Notes under the pieces: generated by a model
What the model saw: only the letters and a program-made list of their open reading frames with translations
Told to the model about the DNA's origin: nothing
Database searches by the model: none
NCBI GenBank assembly: GCA_964016885.1
Contig: OZ024741.1
Coordinates: 75,082,001 to 75,146,000, forward strand
Length of the DNA stretch: 64,000 nucleotides
From: Eledone cirrhosa
Lineage: Eukaryota
Direction of reading: 5' to 3'
Shown: positions 55,825 through 64,000 of the stretch, in pieces
Layout of the letters: each line of letters starts with the position of its first letter
How positions within the stretch are numbered: the first letter of the stretch is position 1
Translations under genes and position numbers: made by a program

Positions 55825-57600
55825 ATGGCTACGAAAAAGAAATTTCATACGTCACTCCCACTCATTCCGTCTTCTTCTTCCTCAATCATCACTACAGCAG
55901 AGAGAAGATTGTCTCTCTCCCTCCCTTCTTTAAATGTGTCTCTCTCCCTCCCTTCTCTTTCGCAAGCGACGAAAGAAAAGAAAAGTCTCGTGCAAAGCGT
56001 GCAAGGTTTCTCCACGACGACGACGACAGCGACGAAACAGGTGTGCGGGAAATACGAAAACCCAGTTCATTCGTCTGACGTCAGGAATAATAGCAGTAGC
56101 AGCCGTAATAACAACAGCAACAGTGACAATGAAAACAACAGTAGCAGCCGCAACAGCATCACCAGCAGCATAAACAACAACAGCATTAGCAGCAGCAACA
56201 CCAACAACAACCACAGCAACAGCGGCGGAGGCAGTAGTCGTAGTACCTGCAGCAACAACAAAAGTACCAGCAGCTCTGACGATAACAACAACAGCAGAGA
56301 AAAACCAATCTCATTTGCAGGTATTGCGAAAAACTTGGAAACAATCCTCATAACAAATGAGGAATTAGAGGAAGCGAAGAAGATGGTGACAAAGAACGGA
56401 CACCGAGCAATCTGCAAGGCAGCGAAAAATTTTTTCGAAACCCAAGAGCACTGTACGGTCACGTACCGTACAGTAAGTACAAAATCCCGTAGGGTGGAAA
56501 GAGCCACAGAGGCCCAAATACAAAAAGCCTTGGGGTCTGTGTGGCAGAGGAAAACGCACATCACCCGAGGCAAAAAATACGCCACCGTAGACGTACTTTT
56601 TGCCACACCCCAGGAGGCAAAGGCCCAATCAGTAGTGACCCTAAGGAGCGAGGAAATGGTGTTGGTGCCCTCCTACTGCGGGCAAAAAATTGTGAGGGTC
56701 AAACTGACCCACGTCCCCCCCGGAATGACCCCTTCTTGGCTGGCCGCGTCTGTCCTCGTCGGAATCGAGGACAAAACAACTGTACTGCAAGTACAGAAAA
56801 AAGTAAGAGAAGATTGGGTCGGCTCCTCCATTGAGATGCTAATCCAAACCAACCAGGAGTGCATCGAAGCTATCCCGGATGTGATAGACTTCGATAACGG
56901 CACTCAACTGCCCATAAGTGTTGAGGGCAAACGCCCGAAATGCTTTCGCTGTGGATCGAAGACTCACCTCAGGGCCTTCTGCAACGAGAAGACCTGAGAA
57001 AGGAGAAAACCCCCCTCCTTCCGAATCCGGCTCCACGGCTACCAGCAACAGGACAAGCGGCAACCAGGAACGATAGGTCCGTGGCACCCATACCCACTCC
57101 ACGGAAATCAAAGACAGCAGCAGCAGTGGAAATATTAACAACAACAACAGCAATACCAAATGCAGCTGCAACAGAGACTCCAGTGCAAACATCACCAACA
57201 ACAACAAGTGAAAGAGTGGAGCTGGTACCCCTCCCCGACCTTACAGAATCAGACATGGAGTGTGAGGTGGGAGAGGGATGGCAAAAGGTCGCAAGAAGGC
57301 ACAAACGCAGAAGCAGACATTTCACAACAGGACTACATAATACCAGCACCAATCAAAACGCCAACTAACATAAGACTGCTAAAAATAGCACAGAAACAAT
57401 ACACAAACATTAAAACGAAATTTCCCAACGCAGTTGGTGATTTCAGGGACCTAGGAGGAACCATTAATCGAAGAGTATATTCAGACATTCTCTTAGAAGA
57501 GCCGACGACCAGCCGAAGGGACGATTCAACGGTCCCTTCACCAGACGATCAAGTGAAAAGGGATGTAAAAACCATCCCTCCTCTACCAAAAATACGGTAA
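55825..57600 (+). CDS. Tx1-like ORF1 (nucleic-acid-binding, zinc knuckle); reading frame broken after 56997
   Basis: ATG at 55825, an N/S-rich tract and CFRCGSKTHLRAFC (CX2CX4HX4C). Probable continuation in frames 56940..57368 (WQKVARRHKRR) and 57160..57600. Confidence 0.75.
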
Positions 57601-57635
57601 GTGGTCTTTCCCATCTTTTCCACTCTATTTTAAAC

Positions 57636-60600
57636 ATGACCTCACTCAGAATAGGCAGCATAAATGCGCGTGGCTTGGGGTCGTCATGGAAGCAGGGTCA
57701 CCTGCTCAACGACCTCAGGTCACTAAACATAGATGTAGTGGCCATCAGCGAGACCAGAATCTCCGAAGCACGGGCCTTCGCACCGATCTTCGGCGGCTAC
57801 GATGTGTACGCATCTCCCAGCCGTCCTGGATCCGGTGGAGGAGTTGCTGTACTTTTTCGGAGAGGTTTGGATCTCGCCATACGGGCCATCTTCCTGGACC
57901 CAGAGGGTAAGCTGGTGGTGCTGGACGTGACCAGCGGAGACGGGCAAGCTTTCAGGCTAGTGGCCGTCTATGCCCCGACAGGAGCAGGGCGGCCTGATTT
58001 CTTCCGGCGTCTGGAGACCTTTCTTGGAACGTCCCGCTCTTTAGTGTTAGTGGGCGACTGGAACGGGATCTTAGATGCACGCTGGGACTGTGTGGGATTA
58101 GCGGATAGGGGTGGAGGGTGCAAGAGCCTCACCAACCTGCTCAGGCGTTTTGAACTGTCTGACAGGTACCGATTGGATTTCCCGAATGTGCCAATGTGGA
58201 CTTGGACAAACCGCATAGGGTCATCCAGATCATATCTAGATAGAGTATTTTGTAGGGAAATAGATAGGTCTAGCATAGGCTGTCCACAATTCAAGATAGT
58301 CAGCTACACGGACCACAAATTCGTGATCTGTGTGCTTGACTTAGATAGGCTTCATAGACGAGGACCCGGCTACTGGAAGCTAAACGCGTCCTTACCAGCG
58401 CGCAAGGCCTACAGAGACCGGATTAGCGAACTAGTTAAGCGGGCGTTGACGGGGGCCATCGTCAACAACAAGTGGTGGTTTGCTCTGAAAAGAGCGATTA
58501 GAATAGAATCGATTAGGTTTAGTAAGGCTTTAGCAATAGAGAAAAATAGAGCAGAGGGAGAACTAGTTAGAAAATTAGACGAGGCGCTTAGCAAAGGCAT
58601 TGCGACCGACGTGCTTGCGGCGAAATTGGCCCTTGACCAATTCTTCAATGCAAAGCACGAAGGCTGCGTTGTCAGAGCTAGGGTGCGTGCTCTCAGACAC
58701 GAGGGGACGAAAGCCGTTCAATGGGCCCGAGTGGCGGAGGCGCGTCGTGGCAACAAAGCCACGATCCGGTCTTTGGTGGACCACGACGGGCGCATGCTAC
58801 TCGATCCCGGGCAAATGTGTGAAACTTTTCAGCGACACTTCGCTCAGCTGTTCGGGGGCAGCGGGGGGCCGGGTAGAGGGATGGACTTTAGTGTCTACCT
58901 CGACGGGCTGCCGCGGCTCTCGGCCACTGAGGCGAGGTGTTGCGAAAAGCCGATAACAGCCGCTGAAGTACGGGAGGCAATGACTGGCTGCACAAGGGGT
59001 AAATCGCCTGGTTTGGATGGTCTGCCCTATGAACTTTACGTACAGATGCCAGACTTGTTCGGAGGCCTCTTGGCGGACGTCTACTGCAACTGGCAACAGA
59101 ACGGGAGAATTCCCAGTTCTGTGAGCCGAGGAGCGGTGGCACTGCTGAGAAAGGATCCGAACAAGGGGGATAACATAGACAATTTCCGGCCCATAACTCT
59201 GCTAAACACAGAGTTTAAGATTTTGGCCAAGGTGCTAGCAAAGAGGTTGGCGCTTGTCGTTGGTGGTCTGGTGGGAGAGGCGCAGACATGCGCCATTCCC
59301 GACAGATCCATCCACGACAACCTCCACCTCATGCGATACATCGTAGAGAGGGTAGCTAGGGAACCTGGCACGGGTGGGTCCTTGATCAATTTAGATCAGT
59401 CGAAAGCTTTCGATAGGGTCGACCATCGTTACCTAGCGGCAGTCCTGAGGGCGGCTGGCTTTGGGCCCGTCTTCAGAGGCTGGATCGCTGCCATGCACAG
59501 CGACATCTGCTCTGTGGTGAGAGTGAACGGTCACCTGTCGGAACCGTTCAACATCATGCGCTCGGTCCGCCAAGGATGTCCCCTCTCGTCCCTCTTGTAC
59601 GTATTGACTCTCGAGCCATTACTGCACAAACTGGAGACGTTGAGGGGAGTCCCGCGCGAACTAGGATGCGGAAGATCCGTGTCAGCATATGCGGACGATG
59701 TCACCGTAGTGGTGTCGAACGCCAAACACATCGAGGCGATCGGCACTACACTAAGAGAATACGAAGCGGTGACAGGAGCAATGATCAACCAGGAAAAGTC
59801 AGTGGGCCTGCAGCTCGGCACCTGGAGAGGCAGGTCCATGCCGTCCAACAGCGTCGTCGGGCGCTGGACGGACGGACCGGTTAAATTGCTAGGGGTCTGG
59901 TTCGGTCCGGACCTCCAGACGGACAAAAACTGGGACGAGGTGACGAGCAGGGTGGCTTCTCTCACCCAGAAATGGGCGGAGAGGAAGCTATCCCTGAAAG
60001 GTCGAGCGGAGGTGGCTAACGCGTACATCGCGTCTGTCATCTGCTACCGCCTAACCGTCGTACCTTGTCCTAAGCCTCGCCTGACTGCGCTGGAGCGTTT
60101 ACTCTTTCGCTTTTTGTGGAAGGGACGTGCTCCGATGGTCAGGCGGTCCATCTGTTGTCAACACCCGCTACGTGGAGGGCTGGGCATGCCGTGGCTGATG
60201 ATGCGCAGGCACGCGCTCAGGCTACGACATCTCCACCTCTTCCTCGACGGTGATCAGGTGTGGTCGCCGTTTGCTAGACGCGTTTTTCCCCAGCTCGTTT
60301 CCTTGACGGAGCTGCAGTCCTGGGTCAAGCGAAGACCGAGAGGGAGCGCCTGGAGACTGGAATGTCTTCAGGCGCTCACAGCCCTCGACCAATCGGGCAA
60401 TGTGATCGGTGGAAACTCCACCTCGGCGTTCTATAGAGGATTAGTGGAGGGGAAGAGCGACGACGTACTTGGGGAAACTCTAGGCGTCGACGAAAATCAA
60501 CTAGCCAATCTCTTCGGAAGAACTTTCGGGCCAGGGCCTATGGACAACTTCCAGAAATCTCTGGCCTGGCAGTGCTACCGAGGAGCCTTGCCAGTTCGGG

Positions 60601-61055
60601 ATAAACTCTACAGGCATGGAGGTGCCGTCAGCCGGGCATGTCCGAGATGCGCGCAGGGCGACGAAACCGTCCTGCACGCACTCGTCCAGTGTCCGAAAAT
60701 TGCTGACTTGTGGGTTTATGTCGAACACCTGCTGTCGCGTTTAGGACGGATCCAGCTATCATCTGAGTCCATCGTGAGGATTGCCCCGCCCTCCTCCTTT
60801 AGCCGGGAAGGGCAGGCAGTTTTTATCTGTCTGGTGGCCATGGCGAAAGAGATAGTATGGTGGACACGTTTGAAAGGGCTGAAGACGAGCACTTACCTCT
60901 TCGGTGATGCTCTGATTGACTTTTTCAAATTTCATTTGAAAAGGAAAATCAGAGTAGAGAGGGAAGTGCTCTCTTCCCAGCATTTTGTTGAAAGATGGGT
61001 GAGAGAAGCAAGAATGGCCCGAGTGAATGGGCCGACTCTGAGTATATATCTGTAA
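57636..61055 (+). CDS. ORF2: APE endonuclease + reverse transcriptase + C-terminal zinc finger, 1139 aa, intact
   Basis: EN motifs SINARGL, ISETR, VYAP, VGDWN, SYLDRVF and TDH; GPGYWKLN; KSPGLDGL; FRPITLLN; LDQSKAFDRVDH; RQGCPLS; AYADD; GGLG; CPRC-x5-ETVLHALVQC. Confidence 0.96.
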   Translation: MTSLRIGSINARGLGSSWKQGHLLNDLRSLNIDVVAISETRISEARAFAPIFGGYDVYASPSRPGSGGGVAVLFRRGLDLAIRAIFLDPEGKLVVLDVTSGDGQAFRLVAVYAPTGAGRPDFFRRLETFLGTSRSLVLVGDWNGILDARWDCVGLADRGGGCKSLTNLLRRFELSDRYRLDFPNVPMWTWTNRIGSSRSYLDRVFCREIDRSSIGCPQFKIVSYTDHKFVICVLDLDRLHRRGPGYWKLNASLPARKAYRDRISELVKRALTGAIVNNKWWFALKRAIRIESIRFSKALAIEKNRAEGELVRKLDEALSKGIATDVLAAKLALDQFFNAKHEGCVVRARVRALRHEGTKAVQWARVAEARRGNKATIRSLVDHDGRMLLDPGQMCETFQRHFAQLFGGSGGPGRGMDFSVYLDGLPRLSATEARCCEKPITAAEVREAMTGCTRGKSPGLDGLPYELYVQMPDLFGGLLADVYCNWQQNGRIPSSVSRGAVALLRKDPNKGDNIDNFRPITLLNTEFKILAKVLAKRLALVVGGLVGEAQTCAIPDRSIHDNLHLMRYIVERVAREPGTGGSLINLDQSKAFDRVDHRYLAAVLRAAGFGPVFRGWIAAMHSDICSVVRVNGHLSEPFNIMRSVRQGCPLSSLLYVLTLEPLLHKLETLRGVPRELGCGRSVSAYADDVTVVVSNAKHIEAIGTTLREYEAVTGAMINQEKSVGLQLGTWRGRSMPSNSVVGRWTDGPVKLLGVWFGPDLQTDKNWDEVTSRVASLTQKWAERKLSLKGRAEVANAYIASVICYRLTVVPCPKPRLTALERLLFRFLWKGRAPMVRRSICCQHPLRGGLGMPWLMMRRHALRLRHLHLFLDGDQVWSPFARRVFPQLVSLTELQSWVKRRPRGSAWRLECLQALTALDQSGNVIGGNSTSAFYRGLVEGKSDDVLGETLGVDENQLANLFGRTFGPGPMDNFQKSLAWQCYRGALPVRDKLYRHGGAVSRACPRCAQGDETVLHALVQCPKIADLWVYVEHLLSRLGRIQLSSESIVRIAPPSSFSREGQAVFICLVAMAKEIVWWTRLKGLKTSTYLFGDALIDFFKFHLKRKIRVEREVLSSQHFVERWVREARMARVNGPTLSIYL

Positions 61056-61315
61056 ACTAAAGGTGGAAAACTGGGAGAGGGCACTTGCCTTGGTGGTCAG
61101 GGTCATTGTGGCTTTTTACTGGGCTTTCTCCACAAATGTCCCTCCGAAGTCTCCCCCCTATTGGGGAATTTTTCATTGTTATTTTCATTGTTATTTTTGT
61201 TACATCCTCTGTTTTTGTTTTTTTACACGCAGAAATGCCCATTTGTACCGTCCTGCATTGTCCTGCACTGTCCTTAATGTCTACTTTATGTAAACCCTTG
61301 TGGTTAATAAAGAAA

Positions 61316-61373
<58 letters not shown>

Positions 61374-61377
61374 GTGA

Positions 61378-61818
61378 AGGCACATGGCTTAGTGGTTAGA
61401 GCATTGGGCTTGAAATCGAAAGGTTGTGAGTTCAATTCTCGAACCAGGTGATGTATTGTTTCCTTGTGCAAGACACTTTATTTCACATTGCTCCAGTTTA
61501 CTCAGCTGTAGAAATGAGATGATAGATCTGGAGTCCCTATCATTCCACTGCAAAGTGGTCGTGGAAGTGCCACGGCAAGAAAGCACCCAGCCCACACTGT
61601 AAAGTGGATGTGTAGGTGCCATGGAAAAAAAGCACCCAGCACTCACTGTAAATGAGGTTGGTGTTAGGAAGGGTATCCAGCTGTAGAAATCAAGCCAGAA
61701 TCAGTTCCTGTATGAGCAAGACAAGGTCAGTCGACCGGACATTGCCTACAACAGGACAACCCATCTAACCCATGCTAGCGTGGAAGGACGGACGTAAAAC
61801 GGTGATGATGATGATGAT
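61378..61818 (+). mobile_element. tRNA-derived SINE with RTE-derived 3' half (family B)
   Basis: A box tggcttagtgg and B box gagttcaattc. Segment 61545-61810 matches the RTE 3' UTR at 32642-32902, and it ends in an (ATG)n tail. Confidence 0.88.
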
Positions 61819-61835
61819 TACTATTATTATTATCA

Positions 61836-61947
61836 TTACTGACTATATTACATTGGAAGCACCAGTTCTTGTCTGATCACTAAAGTTAAGTAATGTTGAA
61901 CTTAGTACTTAGATGGTGACCTCTTGGGAGACCTAAGTGCTTTAAGC
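61836..61947 (+). pseudogene. Degenerate 5S rRNA-derived sequence
   Basis: gcaccagttcttgtctgatcactaaagttaag...ttagtacttagatggtgacc...tggga...gtgct matches the eukaryotic 5S layout (A, intermediate and C boxes), with CpG-type decay and small deletions. Confidence 0.75.
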
Positions 61948-61984
61948 AAAAGAAAGGGTGAGGAATTATCAAAATTGTTATTGC

Positions 61985-62280
61985 CCTTTAAATTCTGATT
62001 TCAAACCCTGCTGAGGTTAACTTTGCTTTTCAGCCTTCTGGGGTCAATAAAATAAACTACCAATCATGTACTGGGGTCAACGTAATTAGTTTTCCCTTCC
62101 CTGAAAATCGTTAGCCTTGTGCCTAAAGTGAGAGTTGATAGAGCATCAGACTAATCCTTAGTGTTATTTCTTCTTACTATTTACATTCTGAGTTCAAATC
62201 CTGCTGAGGTCAGTTTTGACTTTTATCCTTCAGTGGTCCATAAAATAAAGGAGCAGTTATGAACTTGGTCGATATAATCG
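61985..62280 (+). mobile_element. Two decayed family-A-related SINEs
   Basis: ttcaaa.cctgctgaggt...ttt...cctt core occurs twice; a similar copy lies at 41020-41160. Confidence 0.65.
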
Positions 62281-63399
62281 TTTTTTTCCTTCCATATATT
62301 TGAGGTCAATATTTTGCTGCTTTTCACCAACTGCCAAATTCTATGTGAATGAGGTGCTAAAATATTTCCACTTTGGAGGTGAATATTATACTGGTTTCAC
62401 TTTGGATGAGAAATTCATATTTCCTATTGTTTTTGATATTTTTTTAATTAATACGGCCTTCAAAATGGTCAGGCATTGGTAAAAAATCATTATATAATTG
62501 AGTTGTGAAACAAAAACTATACTCTTGATGTCACTTAAAATATATTAAATATCAAAATATATCCATAAATATATTCTCCATGCATGAGAATTTCAAAACT
62601 GCTCCATCTAAACATAATGTGTCAATTACTTACCTCAGCTTATAAATGGGGTTTGGATTTTTGCCCATTTCTCAGACATAATATAGGGACCTGGCTTATA
62701 TTCAGATTGGCTTATATTCGAGTATAATTTAGACTATATATAGTCTAAATTACTTGACTTTTTTGTTACTATATTTTGAATGAGAGTCACTACATGTGAT
62801 TTTCAAATATTTTTGAAAATAATCAAGAATTTGCAAAGATTTAGTTATTTAATAAACTTTCTCATTATTAAGCTGGTGTTTGGAATATAACTTAACAAAA
62901 ATTCTTACATAGAATTTTGATAGAAGGATTTTGGATAAATATAAACAGTTTAAAACAAACAGCTTTGCAAAATAGAACCAGAGGCAGTTAGTTATCAAAA
63001 CTGTTGAATCACTTCTTACACCATCATTCAATTTCCCCAATCGCCATAAATCTGATATAATTTGTCTATATCATAAAGTTCTGAGTTATTGTTTTTACAT
63101 TCATTTTTTTCCATACTTGGAACTTATTTTGGTTTCATGAGCATTAAACAACTGAGTGTACCAGGCTATCCAGTGGACACCAGTCCATTGCAGAACTAAC
63201 TCCCAGCTGCTACTGTTGGTTCTCATTTTTAGTTGAGTGAACTAGATATGTTAAAAATCAGTGTAATTCATGATCTTAATCTTGATTTACAGGCTGTGTA
63301 ATGTTGAATGACATCAGGTAGGAATCCATGGTAAACATGGAGGCTATGGACTTGGGTGTTAGAAAGGAAAAGAGAGTAAAGCTTTGAAAGTTTGGTGAC

Positions 63400-64000
63400 G
63401 TAAATAACACAAATTTCCGGAACTAGCCAGCCTCTAATACCATCAGATAAATGGCCATGCTCAATGTATCATAAAGGAGTAGGTAGAAGCTCCCTATAGG
63501 GCTCCCAGTGTGGACAGTAGATACATAAGAGATGTAGCAGGATCACAAGTAGGCTGACAGAGGTGGTGAAATTCATATGTGGCAGATGCACTGGAGTAAT
63601 CAAGGGAAAATGTACAAAAAAAAATAAACTCGCTCAAATATTCAGAAGGTTCACTGGAAGTGGTAGAAATCTTCTATCTAGGGGATTTCAGTAGTGGAGA
63701 TGGATGTAGTGAAAGTGTTGTGCCAGAGTGAAAACTGGGTGGAAGAAGTTCAGGCTTCTCTCACAGAGATATGATGCATGTCTTTGAAATGCAATGCTGC
63801 ATGGCAGTGAGGCATGGGCATTAAGTACAGAAGATTTGCAGTGGCTAAAAAGAAATGAGGCAAGCATGCTTTGCTGGATATGTAATGTTAGTGTGCATGA
63901 ACAACAGAGGACAAGTGAATAGAAAAGTTGAGTATAAGAGGAATTGAATAGAGCATGCAAGATGTATGATTGTACTAGTATGGCCAGTGATATATATGAA
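63400..64000 (+). mobile_element. Decayed RTE 3' ORF fragment
   Basis: Remnants of KWPCS, FICGRC, RVKTGWKKF, MLHGSEAW and LKRNEASMLCW. Confidence 0.8.

Larger units (their letters stand above)
55612..61372 (+). mobile_element. Full-length Tx1/L1-clade non-LTR retrotransposon inserted in (ATT)n
   Basis: 5' UTR, ORF1 with a CCHC knuckle, intact ORF2, AATAAA at 61306-61311 and (ATT)n at 61318-61372. (ATT)9 lies immediately upstream at 55585-55611. Confidence 0.93.

Noticed and set aside
55348-55848. 166-aa minus ORF as a single gene
   Set aside because: It is a chance fusion of antisense Tx1 5' UTR, (AAT)n and the Dong-like fragment.
57723-61106. Many antisense or alternate-frame ORFs within Tx1 ORF2
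   Set aside because: These are expected shadows of a GC-rich coding sequence and carry no motifs.

Overview
AT-rich animal genomic DNA, apparently intergenic or intronic. The repeat families and microsatellites suggest an octopus or other coleoid cephalopod, which is an inference. No host protein-coding gene is confidently supported. The window is a dense collection of retroelements. It holds more than 15 RTE-clade LINE pieces with (ATG)n tails, sitting mostly in (TA)n microsatellites, whose RT carries an inserted C4-H-C3 PHD-type finger. It also holds several Penelope-like (RT + GIY-YIG) pieces with hammerhead-ribozyme motifs and fold-back ends, an internally deleted CR1 nested in a pogo/Tigger-like MITE, CRE- and R4/Dong-type restriction-like-endonuclease fragments, four or five tRNA-derived SINE families, a 5S rRNA pseudogene and a mariner end. 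The standout is a full-length, GC-rich Tx1/L1-clade element (55612-61372) with an intact 1139-aa EN-RT-zinc-finger ORF2, embedded in (ATT)n. It lies in a stack where a SINE, a second truncated Tx1 copy and a Dong-like element all occupy (ATT/TAA)n, suggesting microsatellite-targeted retrotransposition. A second candidate novelty is a tRNA-headed element carrying a decayed minimal hammerhead in head-to-head arrangement, possibly a Penelope-mobilised SINE. All calls are by eye and no searches were run.
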